DNA of 64,000 nt from IMG/VR virus record IMGVR_UViG_3300024346_000025, positions 7,197 through 71,196 of that record; one strand, 5' to 3'. The translations under genes and the position numbers were made by a program. Below are positions 26,231 through 35,021 of the stretch, piece by piece; position 1 is the stretch's first letter, and the number at the start of each line of letters is the position of its first letter. This stretch comes from a virus (lineage: Duplodnaviria > Heunggongvirae > Uroviricota > Caudoviricetes). Under the pieces are notes generated by a model that saw nothing but the letters and a program-made list of their open reading frames with translations, had not been told where the DNA came from and searched no databases.

Positions 26231-27451
26231 ATGGCACGGACAAGAGACGAAAATGCCCTCAGTTTTAACACGGTTTGCCCCAGAGATGCTGCGGCACTTC
26301 TGAGACACACTATGGCCGTTGGGCGCCCTGTAATGCTTTGGGGACCGCCCGGAATCGGAAAATCTGACATTATTGCTCAGATTGGTAAATCCCAAAATCG
26401 CCCAGTAATCGACCTTCGGTTGCTGCTAATGGAGCCCACAGACCTGAAGGGCATCCCCTATTACGACACGAAGACTGGCTTGATGCGTTGGGCTAAGCCT
26501 TCGGAACTTCCTACTATTGTGTCGGCTGAAGACGTTACCCTTGCTGAAAATACGCTGGCGCGTTTGGTTGATGACAAGGCCCCGGAAGAAGATATTAAGG
26601 CGGCTCGGCATCACCTCGAGGTGGTCGCTGGTAATTTTGCTTTGCAGAATGCAATCTTGTTCCTCGATGAGGTCAACGCAGCACCTCAGTCCGTTCAGGC
26701 AGCTGCCTACCAGCTGATCTTGAACCGCAAGATCGGTGAGTATATTCTGCCTAAGGGTGTGAGCATTGTCGCTGCTGGTAACAGAGAGACAGATAAGGCG
26801 GTTACTTTCCGTATGCCGTCGGCGTTGGCTAACAGGTTCGTCCACTTAGAGATGAAGGTTCGCTTTGATGATTGGTTCGATTGGTCAATTGACCACAGAG
26901 TGAAGTCAGACGTGGTCGGTTTCTTGAAGGCTCACCCTCACCGTTTGTTTGAGTTTGATCCTAAGAATGCCTCAAAGGCGTTCCCCACTCCTCGGTCTTG
27001 GGTGTTTGTTAGCGAGTTGATGAGTGACGACATGCCCGACAACCTCAACCAGTTCCTGGTTGCTGGTACGGTCGGTGATGGTCTTGCGCTGGAATTTATG
27101 CAGCACCGTCGTCTGAAGGACAGTCTGCCTTCGGTGGAAGACATCCTCAGCGGTCGTGTTACGAAGTTTGCGAACCCGGACAAGGTTGAGATTTCGGCAC
27201 TGTACTCGTTGGTGATCTCACTGTGTCATTCCTTGCAGGACTTTGCAGTTGACAACAAATCGGACAGCAAGGCTTGGGAAACAGCGACCACCAACTTCCT
27301 CGAGTTTACAATGAACAACCTGTCCAATGAGGTTGCGGTGTTGGCTGCGGTGACTGCGATTCGGAAATACAAGATTGATTTTGTATTTGGTTCGAAGGCG
27401 TTTGACAAGTTTTACGAGAAGTATGGCGAGTCTGTTAACGCTTACAACTAA
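26231..27451 (+). CDS. MoxR-family AAA+ ATPase (CobS-like)
   Basis: Walker A LWGPPGIGKSD; Walker B ILFLDEVNAA; sensor region AAGNRE. Confidence 0.8.
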   Translation: MARTRDENALSFNTVCPRDAAALLRHTMAVGRPVMLWGPPGIGKSDIIAQIGKSQNRPVIDLRLLLMEPTDLKGIPYYDTKTGLMRWAKPSELPTIVSAEDVTLAENTLARLVDDKAPEEDIKAARHHLEVVAGNFALQNAILFLDEVNAAPQSVQAAAYQLILNRKIGEYILPKGVSIVAAGNRETDKAVTFRMPSALANRFVHLEMKVRFDDWFDWSIDHRVKSDVVGFLKAHPHRLFEFDPKNASKAFPTPRSWVFVSELMSDDMPDNLNQFLVAGTVGDGLALEFMQHRRLKDSLPSVEDILSGRVTKFANPDKVEISALYSLVISLCHSLQDFAVDNKSDSKAWETATTNFLEFTMNNLSNEVAVLAAVTAIRKYKIDFVFGSKAFDKFYEKYGESVNAYN

Positions 27452-27474
27452 GCTACTGGTTCCCGGAGAGATAT

Positions 27475-28743
27475 ATGAGTTTTGATCGTTACAAGCAGGC
27501 TACCCCAGAAGAGAAGCTCTCACAGGCTAGGCTGTCTTTTATCCTCCAGCAGTCGCCATTCTTCGGCACGCTGGCACTACACCTAAAGCTGGTGGAGGCT
27601 GATTGGCTTCCTACAGCTGGTGTGGATGGAAAACATCTTTACTACAATCCTGAATTTGTTGGTCGGCTGAACCACGAAGAGTGCAAGTTCCTCATCGCCC
27701 ACGAAGTGATGCATTGTGTATACGAACATATGCTCCGTCGGAATGGTCGGGAACCTCGTTTGTGGAATTGTGCTGCGGACTACGTTATCAATTGGGAATT
27801 GAAAGAGATTGGTGTTGGTACGATCATCCCGCCCGAGAAGTTAGTTGATCCTGAGGTTCTGAAGAAGAACCCCAACTACATCCGTGACAACAAGGTCGGT
27901 GCTTTGATTGACCGTCGGTTTGCTGGTATGTCGTCTGAGGAAGTCTTCAAAATCCTAGACGATGAAAAACAAGAGCAAGGTGATTCGATGGATCAGCACA
28001 TTGAAGTGGTGTTTGGTCAGCCTGGTGAAGGTGATCCTTCTGGCAAGAATGGCCCAATCCCAATGACCAAGGATGAGATTGAGCGTCTGCCTGACGATAT
28101 CCGCAAGGCGGTTATGGATGCTGCTAAGATTGCTGAGGAGATGGGCGGCGCTGGTAACTTGCCTGGTGGTGTCCGTCGGCTGTTGGAGAAGTGGAATGAT
28201 TCTCAGATGGACTGGCGCGAGGTTTTGAACTGCATCATCCAGTCCTTGTTTAAGAGCGATTACACTTGGCAGCGCCCTTCGCGTAAGAGCTTCCAGTCTG
28301 GTTGCTACCTGCCTGGCATGAAGAACGACGAGCGTGTTAGCGTTGACGTTGCTATTGATACTTCTGGTTCAATGACTGCTAAGATGTTGGCTGACTTCCT
28401 CGGTGAGGTTCGCGGCATTATGGAACAGTTCCAGGACTTCAAGCTTCGCGTTTGGTGTTTTGATACTTCGACCTACACGATCCACACTTACGAAGCTGAT
28501 AACTTGGAAGACATTGACGATTTTGAAATGGAAGGCGGTGGTGGCACGATGTTTGAGTGTAACTGGGAAATGATGCGTGAGAATGAGATCATGCCCGACC
28601 AGTTGCTTGTGTTTACTGACGGTTACCCCTGTGGTTCATGGGGCGAGGAAGATTACTGTGATACAGCGTTTGTGGTTCATGGTAAAAAGGACATCATTGC
28701 CCCGTTTGGTGAGACTGTATACTACGAACGCGAGGAAGCATAA
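27475..28743 (+). CDS. VWA-domain protein with an N-terminal HExxH metallopeptidase-like domain (DUF2201-type MoxR partner; CobT-like)
   Basis: HEVMHCVYEH (HExxH); MIDAS motif VAIDTSGSM; follows the MoxR gene in the same transcriptional unit. Confidence 0.7.
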   Translation: MSFDRYKQATPEEKLSQARLSFILQQSPFFGTLALHLKLVEADWLPTAGVDGKHLYYNPEFVGRLNHEECKFLIAHEVMHCVYEHMLRRNGREPRLWNCAADYVINWELKEIGVGTIIPPEKLVDPEVLKKNPNYIRDNKVGALIDRRFAGMSSEEVFKILDDEKQEQGDSMDQHIEVVFGQPGEGDPSGKNGPIPMTKDEIERLPDDIRKAVMDAAKIAEEMGGAGNLPGGVRRLLEKWNDSQMDWREVLNCIIQSLFKSDYTWQRPSRKSFQSGCYLPGMKNDERVSVDVAIDTSGSMTAKMLADFLGEVRGIMEQFQDFKLRVWCFDTSTYTIHTYEADNLEDIDDFEMEGGGGTMFECNWEMMRENEIMPDQLLVFTDGYPCGSWGEEDYCDTAFVVHGKKDIIAPFGETVYYEREEA

Positions 28744-28746
28744 ATC

Positions 28747-29091
28747 ATGGCTAAGCGGTTCGCGATAACCGAACAACCCGAAGATAAAGAAAAAGCAGCC
28801 TTTATCAACGAACTAAAGGGTATTACATATCCTCGAGATATGTTTGGTGCCTTAATGGATATAGGTGATACAATTATTCTTGGTGGCGGGCAATGGGGTG
28901 CGAGCTTGTTTCTTGCTACAGTTATCCAATTCAATTATCTTATTGAGGACGGAACCTACCGATTTACATCTATTAGCGCGAAACGGCTTGGAAAAAAAGG
29001 TCGCAGATTGACTGGAAATCCTCGAGAATCCGTAATTATGAACGATGAAACCATCAATCAAATGCGCAAACACTTGAAATCTAAAGAGTAA
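28747..29091 (+). CDS. hypothetical protein (114 aa)
   Basis: Operon context only. Confidence 0.45.
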   Translation: MAKRFAITEQPEDKEKAAFINELKGITYPRDMFGALMDIGDTIILGGGQWGASLFLATVIQFNYLIEDGTYRFTSISAKRLGKKGRRLTGNPRESVIMNDETINQMRKHLKSKE

Positions 29092-29098
29092 ATAGTTC

Positions 29099-29127
29099 TT
29101 GACTTTCCCCTTCACCTTTGCTATAAT
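29099..29127 (+). promoter_or_regulatory. sigma70-type promoter TTGACT-17-TATAAT
   Basis: TTGACT 29099-29104; TATAAT 29122-29127. Confidence 0.6.
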
Positions 29128-29148
29128 AGTGGTATATTAGGACTACAC

Positions 29149-30402
29149 ATGGGAAATAAGATGTCAAATTACGAGGTAACCCAAGGATTGAACGGTCAGG
29201 GCATAGTAAAGTCTTGGACTAAGGGTGTCAATTTTGAATCTCAGGCACGCGACCAGTTAAAGAACATTGCGTCACTGCCATTTATACATAGCCACGTTGC
29301 AGCAATGCCAGACGTTCATCTTGGTATTGGTGCTACTGTTGGATCGGTTATTGCAACCAAAGGTGCGATCATTCCTGCGGCTGTCGGCGTGGACATTGGC
29401 TGCGGCATGAACGCGATTCGTCTTTCGCTGAAGGCAGAAGACTTGCCAGATTCTTTGGTTAGCACTCGCCACGAAATCGAAAAGCTTGTTCCTGTTGGGC
29501 ACGAAGACCACAATCTTTCGCGGTTGGGTAGCAAGCATAACAGCGGCACAACCAAAATTCTTAACAACTATTTCGCACAGTTGGAACCTGGCTATAAGGC
29601 TTTGGTCGAAAAGCATCCAGCGATTGCGAAGATGGGTCGTGAATTAGACCAGCGCGTCTACCGTCAGATCGGAACGTTGGGTGGTGGAAACCACTTCATC
29701 GAATTGTGTCTTGACGAGGTCGGCGATGTGTGGGTTATGTTGCACTCGGGTTCGCGTAACCCAGGTAACTGTATTGGTCGCTATTTCATTGATCTTGCAA
29801 AGCAGGATATGGAGCGTCACTTCATTAGCTTGCCAGATAAGGATCTTGCATACCTTGTAGAAGGTACAGACCACTACGACGATTATGTAGAAGGTGTATC
29901 TTGGGCGCAGGATTTTGCATATCGTAACAGACAGGCAATGATGACGCTGGTTCTTACGGCGTTGCAGAACAAGCTGCCTCCGTTTACAATTACGAAGGAA
30001 GCGATCAACTGTCACCATAACTACGTGGCGATGGAAAACCATTTTGGTGCGAACGTACACGTTACGCGCAAAGGTGCAGTTCGCGCTCGCGTTGGCGACT
30101 ACGGAATCATTCCTGGTTCGATGGGCGCAAAGTCGTTCATCGTTCGCGGACTTGGCAACGCAGATTCGTTCCACTCTTGTTCTCACGGGGCAGGTCGCAA
30201 CCACTCGCGCTCGGCGGCTAAGAAGCTTTTCTCGGTGGAAGATCATGAGAAGGCAACGGCTGGTGTAGAGTGTCGAAAGGATGCTGGTGTGATAGATGAG
30301 ACTCCTTTGGCATACAAGGACATTGATGCTGTAATGGAGGCGCAGAAGGATTTGGTTGAGATTGTGCATACGTTGAAGCAGGTTGTTTGTGTAAAGGGCT
30401 AA
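29149..30402 (+). CDS. rtcB: RtcB-family RNA 3'-phosphate ligase
   Basis: PDVHLGIGATVG, GVDIGCGM, GGGNHFIEL and CSHGAGR motifs; 417 aa. The start could instead be the ATG at 29161. Confidence 0.85.
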   Translation: MGNKMSNYEVTQGLNGQGIVKSWTKGVNFESQARDQLKNIASLPFIHSHVAAMPDVHLGIGATVGSVIATKGAIIPAAVGVDIGCGMNAIRLSLKAEDLPDSLVSTRHEIEKLVPVGHEDHNLSRLGSKHNSGTTKILNNYFAQLEPGYKALVEKHPAIAKMGRELDQRVYRQIGTLGGGNHFIELCLDEVGDVWVMLHSGSRNPGNCIGRYFIDLAKQDMERHFISLPDKDLAYLVEGTDHYDDYVEGVSWAQDFAYRNRQAMMTLVLTALQNKLPPFTITKEAINCHHNYVAMENHFGANVHVTRKGAVRARVGDYGIIPGSMGAKSFIVRGLGNADSFHSCSHGAGRNHSRSAAKKLFSVEDHEKATAGVECRKDAGVIDETPLAYKDIDAVMEAQKDLVEIVHTLKQVVCVKG

Positions 30403-30406
30403 TGAT

Positions 30407-30712
30407 ATGAGCGTGTTGGTACAGTTTGAACGATCGGAAAAGGCAATGGCGCTATTGACTGCTGGTAAGGCATTGATGGTACAGGTTGAGTTTCGGAATA
30501 ATGAGACTTACTCTGATATGAAGCATGTCCTTGCACAACTCGGATACGATACTGGCAGAGATTTTTATCCAGCCACAATCCTGTTTGGGATTGGCAACAT
30601 GCCTGGACATTATGTTGTTGCGGCCAACAATAAAATCGTTTGCGGTTTACATGGTGACATATTTTACATAGACGAAGAAGATTTTGTTACAGATGGGGAC
30701 GACGTTGTTTAG
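30407..30712 (+). CDS. hypothetical protein (101 aa)
   Basis: Operon context only. Confidence 0.4.
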   Translation: MSVLVQFERSEKAMALLTAGKALMVQVEFRNNETYSDMKHVLAQLGYDTGRDFYPATILFGIGNMPGHYVVAANNKIVCGLHGDIFYIDEEDFVTDGDDVV

Positions 30713-30980
30713 ATTTTATTGCGAAGTACCTACTAATTCTGATACGCAATGGCTCACATTCTTGAATGCGGAACCGCAAATTCCTCGTTGGGGGATTCCG
30801 TATGGATTCCTACTAGAAAAATCTAAGCGCGTTTGGGTGCAGCCCCCCGATGGCGCGGTATATTATTATAATCCCAGTGAGATGAATCCGACTGGCGCAC
30901 CAATAGATATGAAGGAATTTTTTACTGTGAAGATGCGTTGCTTAGATTTTGACTCAGTATTACAGACCTACGTAACATAA
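30684..30980 (+). CDS. hypothetical protein (98 aa); paralogue of the next ORF
   Basis: Shared motif WVQPPDGAVYYYN…MKEFFTVKMRC. Confidence 0.45.
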   Translation: MLQMGTTLFRFYCEVPTNSDTQWLTFLNAEPQIPRWGIPYGFLLEKSKRVWVQPPDGAVYYYNPSEMNPTGAPIDMKEFFTVKMRCLDFDSVLQTYVT

Positions 30981-31222
30981 TGACTAGATATTATTGTGAA
31001 ATTTGCGAGCATAGCAATTCTTCTTATCCTAAGTGGATCACGTTTCAGGATGAAGCTGGTATTTATCCTTACAGGGTTATAGGAGAATCTTGGCGTGTAT
31101 GGGAACAACGACCTAATGGATCAGTTCGCTTCTATAAGAATAGGGAAGGACCTGAGATGAAAGTAGATATGAAGGAATTTTTTATAGTGAAGATGAAGTG
31201 TGTTTTTTACCCGAACAATTAA
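30980..31222 (+). CDS. hypothetical protein (80 aa); paralogue of the previous ORF
   Basis: WEQRPNGSVRFYKN…MKEFFIVKMKC; the N-terminus CEICEH adds a Cys pair. Confidence 0.45.
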   Translation: MTRYYCEICEHSNSSYPKWITFQDEAGIYPYRVIGESWRVWEQRPNGSVRFYKNREGPEMKVDMKEFFIVKMKCVFYPNN

Positions 31223-31244
31223 TTTTTAACAACTGGAGAATAAA

Positions 31245-32774
31245 ATGAACGAAGTAACACAAGCAGGGCTTTTCGGGAATATTGATATTCTTGCAACCCT
31301 ATTTTGGATTGTCGGCACAATTTTTGTCGCTTTCCTTGTTTACCTACCAATCAAGCTCGCTAAAGCTTATCGTAGGGTCGTGGAGCCGAATGAGATTCAC
31401 GTTGTACGGTCTCGGAAAGGCACCGTAATTTACGGACAGCAAGATGCTGAAGATGCGAAAGCGTCCGTAAACAGCGACGAGAATATGATTCCAGAAGCGT
31501 CAAGCAATAGCTACTACGAGTGGCCGAGCTGGTGGCCTGTCATTGGTGTTAGCACTGTAAAGCTACCGCTAGCGGTATTCCCTGAGGCTTTGAATGATTA
31601 TGATGCTTATGACATTGGTAAGGTGCCGTTCGTGGTTGATATTGTGGCGTTCTTCCGCATCTCAGACCCGCAGACCGCAGCCAAGCGTGTGTCATCTATG
31701 AATGAGCTACAGTCTCAGTTGAAGTCAATTTTGCAAGGTGCGGTACGTACCATTCTTGCAAAGCATGAGATTGAAGAGATTATGACAGAGCGTAGCACGT
31801 TTGGTCTAAAGTTTACGGAAGAAGTGCGCGACCAGCTTAAAGCTTGGGGTATCTCAAACGTCAAAAACATTGAGCTAATGGATATTAGAGACGGTGAAGA
31901 GTCAAGGACTGTTAGCAATATTATGGCGAAGAAGGAATCCTTGATTGAGAAAGAGTCACGCACAGAAGTGGCTGCTAACAAGAAGGATGCTAAGATCGCT
32001 GAAATTGACGCAGAACGTGCGACAGATGTGCGTAAGCAGGAAGCGTTGCAGTTGGTCGGTGAGCGTACCGCGGAGAAAGATAAAATCGTTGGTATTGCAA
32101 ATCAAAAAGCACAGCAGGAAATTCAGACGGAAGGTAAGATCACAGCAGAGCGCGATATGGCTGTTGCTGAGGTCGAGCAGGTTCGAACGGCTGAGATTGC
32201 GAAGATGGTTCGCGTTGTGAAGGCTGACGAGCAGCGGCAGGTCGATATTACTGAGACTGAAGGTAAGAAGCAGCAGACGATTTTGCTTGCGGAAGGTCAG
32301 TTGAAGGATCAGCAATTGAAAGGTGAGGGTATCCTCGCTGTTGGTACGGCGTCGGCAGAAGCGAAGCGTTTGGCGGAAATGGCGCTGGTGTCTCCGCAGA
32401 TTGCGTTGGCTACTGAGATTGGTGAGAACGAAAACTACCAGACCTACCTCATTAGGATTCGTGAGGTCGAGAAGGACCAGGCTGTGGGTGTACAGCAGGC
32501 TATGGCGTTGCAGGACGCGGGCATCAAGGTCATTGCTAACACTGGCAATGTCTCACAGGGTGTCTCCAACGTTATGGAACTGTTCTCTCCTAAGGGCGGA
32601 ACTGCTATAAGTGGTGCAGTTGAAGCATTTGCTCAGACGCCACAGGGCGAGGCAATCTTGAAGGCATTGGGCATGGCACAGCCGCCAGCCGAGCCTAAAG
32701 TAACTCCGCTACGCGCAGAAGCTGGTGAGCCGGCCACAAAGAAGGTCAGTAACAAACCTAAGCAAACGAAGTAG
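31245..32774 (+). CDS. SPFH / band-7 (flotillin-like) membrane protein with a long coiled coil (509 aa)
   Basis: N-terminal TM helix LATLFWIVGTIFVAFLVYLPI, then an SPFH-like domain, then an E/K/A/Q-rich coiled-coil region. Confidence 0.6.
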   Translation: MNEVTQAGLFGNIDILATLFWIVGTIFVAFLVYLPIKLAKAYRRVVEPNEIHVVRSRKGTVIYGQQDAEDAKASVNSDENMIPEASSNSYYEWPSWWPVIGVSTVKLPLAVFPEALNDYDAYDIGKVPFVVDIVAFFRISDPQTAAKRVSSMNELQSQLKSILQGAVRTILAKHEIEEIMTERSTFGLKFTEEVRDQLKAWGISNVKNIELMDIRDGEESRTVSNIMAKKESLIEKESRTEVAANKKDAKIAEIDAERATDVRKQEALQLVGERTAEKDKIVGIANQKAQQEIQTEGKITAERDMAVAEVEQVRTAEIAKMVRVVKADEQRQVDITETEGKKQQTILLAEGQLKDQQLKGEGILAVGTASAEAKRLAEMALVSPQIALATEIGENENYQTYLIRIREVEKDQAVGVQQAMALQDAGIKVIANTGNVSQGVSNVMELFSPKGGTAISGAVEAFAQTPQGEAILKALGMAQPPAEPKVTPLRAEAGEPATKKVSNKPKQTK

Positions 32775-32782
32775 ACAATAAT

Positions 32783-32814
32783 AGTCCGGCGGGGAAACTC
32801 GCCGGACTTCTTTG
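32783..32814 (+). terminator. rho-independent terminator
   Basis: AGTCCGGCG / CGCCGGACT stem with loop GGGAAACT, then TCTTTG. Confidence 0.6.
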
Positions 32815-32824
32815 AGGGAATGAC

Positions 32825-33178
32825 ATGACTGATACTGAACGCAACAAAAAACTTTTTATAAAAAAATTAGGTGGCACACCTATCGGCCATGATATTTTTG
32901 GCCGTGACGTTTTTGAAGGTGATTTTATTGTGTATGCCCCTAGTGGTGGTTTCTCAGGCACAAGCATGAAGGTCGGCAAGATTGTTCGGGTCGAGACTAA
33001 CCAGTTGCGCTATGGCATTACCTATGTACTACACCTGGAAACAGCCAGAAAAAGGTCAGGGTCTTGGGTATTAGGTGGTAAGGGTCGGTTTGAAAATCTA
33101 GCGGGCGCTGCAATGCTGTGGACTGACCCTATTCCAGAGGTTATTGCATTGTTTGACACTGATAAGAATGGTAAATAA
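32825..33178 (+). CDS. hypothetical protein (117 aa)
   Basis: GGGAATGAC RBS-like sequence upstream. Confidence 0.5.
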   Translation: MTDTERNKKLFIKKLGGTPIGHDIFGRDVFEGDFIVYAPSGGFSGTSMKVGKIVRVETNQLRYGITYVLHLETARKRSGSWVLGGKGRFENLAGAAMLWTDPIPEVIALFDTDKNGK

Positions 33179-33182
33179 GTGT

Positions 33183-33347
33183 ATGAGGCTGAGTGAAATA
33201 CTAAAAGAAGAATCAGATGTTATTGATACATCTGCTGTCGATAGTAAGGTTGACCCAGCTTTATTACGTGCTAAAGAAAGAGAAAGACAAGAAGAAGAGG
33301 GCATCGACCCCGATCTAGACGAGATTATCCAGGATTTCCCCACCTAG
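33183..33347 (+). CDS. small acidic protein (54 aa)
   Basis: ATG at 33183 just after the upstream stop; track ORF 33144..33347 trimmed to the non-overlapping start. Confidence 0.3.
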   Translation: MRLSEILKEESDVIDTSAVDSKVDPALLRAKERERQEEEGIDPDLDEIIQDFPT

Positions 33348-33361
33348 AAGAAAGAAAACTC

Positions 33362-33390
33362 TTGCTCTTTTGTGGCAATTGTGTTATAGT
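33362..33390 (+). promoter_or_regulatory. weaker sigma70-type promoter TTGCTC-17-TATAGT
   Basis: Spacing and -10 box are good; the -35 box is degenerate. Confidence 0.35.
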
Positions 33391-33417
33391 ACGAGTACTT
33401 AAGAAGAAGGTGTGGAA

Positions 33418-33972
33418 ATGGATACGTTAATACTAAACAAAGATGGAACCCCACTCTCGGTTGTGCCGCTATCGGTTATTTCGTGGCAGACAGCTATTCG
33501 CCTAGCATATCAGGAGAAGGTAAGAGTACACGCAACCTACGAAAACTGGGTTGTTCGTTCTCCAAGTGTAGAGATGCACGTACCTTCTGTGGTTATGACT
33601 ACGGATTACGTGAAATGGGGCAAACAGATCAAGTACAGCCGATCTAACGTGTACCTACGTGATCGCTTCACTTGCCAACTTTGCAGCAAGCAATTCCCAG
33701 TTAGCCAGCTAACACTGGACCACGTTGTACCACGGTCGCATGGTGGTAAGACAAACTGGACAAATATTATCACCGCTTGCAAGCCTTGTAACCACCGCAA
33801 AGGTGACAACCACAAAATTCGTCCGCGGGTTATGCCGTCGAAGCCAAACTATTACGAGATAATGGCTAAGCGTATGCAATACCCAGTCGCAGTTCGTGAC
33901 GAGTCTTGGTTGCCTTTCTTAGCATGGGACAAGGAATTGATCCAAATGCGTCCAGCGCGCGGAGCGGATTAA
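33418..33972 (+). CDS. HNH endonuclease (about 185 aa)
   Basis: CQLCSKQ…LDHVVPRSHGG…CKPCNHRKGD is an HNH motif with zinc-binding Cys pairs. Start is ATG 33418, or GTG 33412 as in the track. Confidence 0.7.
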   Translation: MDTLILNKDGTPLSVVPLSVISWQTAIRLAYQEKVRVHATYENWVVRSPSVEMHVPSVVMTTDYVKWGKQIKYSRSNVYLRDRFTCQLCSKQFPVSQLTLDHVVPRSHGGKTNWTNIITACKPCNHRKGDNHKIRPRVMPSKPNYYEIMAKRMQYPVAVRDESWLPFLAWDKELIQMRPARGAD

Positions 33973-33995
33973 CACCTAAAACCAATTGGTTTTTG

Positions 33996-34061
33996 CCTCT
34001 AGTTGATAAATAATAATGTACGCAGATAATACTGCACAATGAATTAATTATCAACTAGAGG
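33996..34061 (+). repeat. perfect 14-bp inverted repeat (CCTCTAGTTGATAA … TTATCAACTAGAGG) flanking a 38-nt AT-rich loop
   Basis: Arms at 33996-34009 and 34048-34061. The downstream arm contains the AGAGG RBS of the gene at 34073; no U-tract follows. Confidence 0.6.
34004..34013 (+). promoter_or_regulatory. late-promoter-like motif TTGATAAATAA (inside the hairpin loop)
   Basis: Same TGATAAATAA motif as at 7598, 24952 and 61911. Confidence 0.3.
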
Positions 34062-34072
34062 TGAAAATCAAA

Positions 34073-34339
34073 ATGGCTAAGACTAAAGCAAGTTCGACCG
34101 CAGAAGCAAAAACAACCCCAACTCCAACCGCAGCACCACAGGCTGCACCTGCTCCAGATACACTGACGATTTCTGACATACAGGCATTGGCTGAGTGTGT
34201 AGATTTGGCTTGCAGGCGCGGCGCCTATGGTGCTGGCGAAATGGTAAGCGTAGGCACAGTTTACAATAAGGTTGCTGGATTCCTACAAATGGTTGCTGCA
34301 CAGAAGAAAGAGCAGGAAGCCGAGCAGGAAGGAGAATAA
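34073..34339 (+). CDS. Ala/Pro/Thr-rich small protein (about 88 aa)
   Basis: ATG at 34073 with AGAGGTGA upstream; the track used the GTG at 34061. Confidence 0.4.
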   Translation: MAKTKASSTAEAKTTPTPTAAPQAAPAPDTLTISDIQALAECVDLACRRGAYGAGEMVSVGTVYNKVAGFLQMVAAQKKEQEAEQEGE

Positions 34340-34343
34340 GATC

Positions 34344-34970
34344 ATGGCAAAATTTATGAAGCACGTTGGTGTAGATACGGTGGGTAATAAGATTGTTATT
34401 ATTTTCCGTGAGATTCCAGATGACCCGAGCAACTGTCTTATTGTTCGTAGTAACGCATTAAGCGAAATGTACCACGACCAATTAATGCGTGTGCTTGAGA
34501 GTGATGATGCACAACAGACTGTTAACTTGTATGAGGTTCTACAACGTAGGATTTTTGGTGACGGACAAAATATGCTAAATGCATTGCATAGTCGAGGACT
34601 ATTGATAAAGATGCCTGTTAGCAGTATTCGCGTTTCTCCAATGCCAAACCGTTTTGAAGAACTTAGCGTGGTCAATGCAGCGATCCGCGGGGATTCTACT
34701 CCAGTATCGCCGGTTGCTGCAGCCGTTGCAGCCGTTGCTCCTACTGACCCAGTTGCCGCACCAGCATTAGATGTGGATCAGAGCAAGACACTTGCAGAGT
34801 CAAAATTATTGCAGGCGCGCTTGATGGAAGATGATGCTAAGGCATTGCGTGAAGAGGCTTACGTGTTGGATCCTGATTTGAAGAAGGGCGGACGTCCGAC
34901 TAAAGAACAGAAGAAGACGCAAGAGCGTAAGGCAGCGGTAAAGGCTGCGGTAGACGGAACAGTAAACTAA
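34344..34970 (+). CDS. hypothetical protein (about 208 aa)
   Basis: Internal ATG at 34344 preceded by AGGAAGGAGAA; the longer track start (34272) would overlap the upstream gene by 68 nt. Confidence 0.5.
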   Translation: MAKFMKHVGVDTVGNKIVIIFREIPDDPSNCLIVRSNALSEMYHDQLMRVLESDDAQQTVNLYEVLQRRIFGDGQNMLNALHSRGLLIKMPVSSIRVSPMPNRFEELSVVNAAIRGDSTPVSPVAAAVAAVAPTDPVAAPALDVDQSKTLAESKLLQARLMEDDAKALREEAYVLDPDLKKGGRPTKEQKKTQERKAAVKAAVDGTVN

Positions 34971-34977
34971 AATATAT

Positions 34978-35008
34978 GAGGGTGTCGATTATGGCACCCT
35001 CATTTTTA
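34978..35008 (+). terminator. rho-independent terminator
   Basis: GAGGGTG / CACCCTC stem, then ATTTTTAGG. Confidence 0.5.
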
Positions 35009-35021
35009 GGTAAATATTAGT

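Noticed and set aside
26426-26845. Minus-strand 139-aa ORF inside the MoxR gene, and 241-aa ORF 29644..30369 inside rtcB
   Set aside because: The plus-strand genes carry unambiguous Walker and RtcB catalytic motifs. The antisense ORFs are Arg/Cys/His-rich artefacts.
31945-32610. Arg-rich plus-strand and minus-strand ORFs overlapping the SPFH coiled-coil region
   Set aside because: Alternative frames of the GA-rich E/K/A/Q coiled-coil coding region. Only the main frame has a TM helix and SPFH context.
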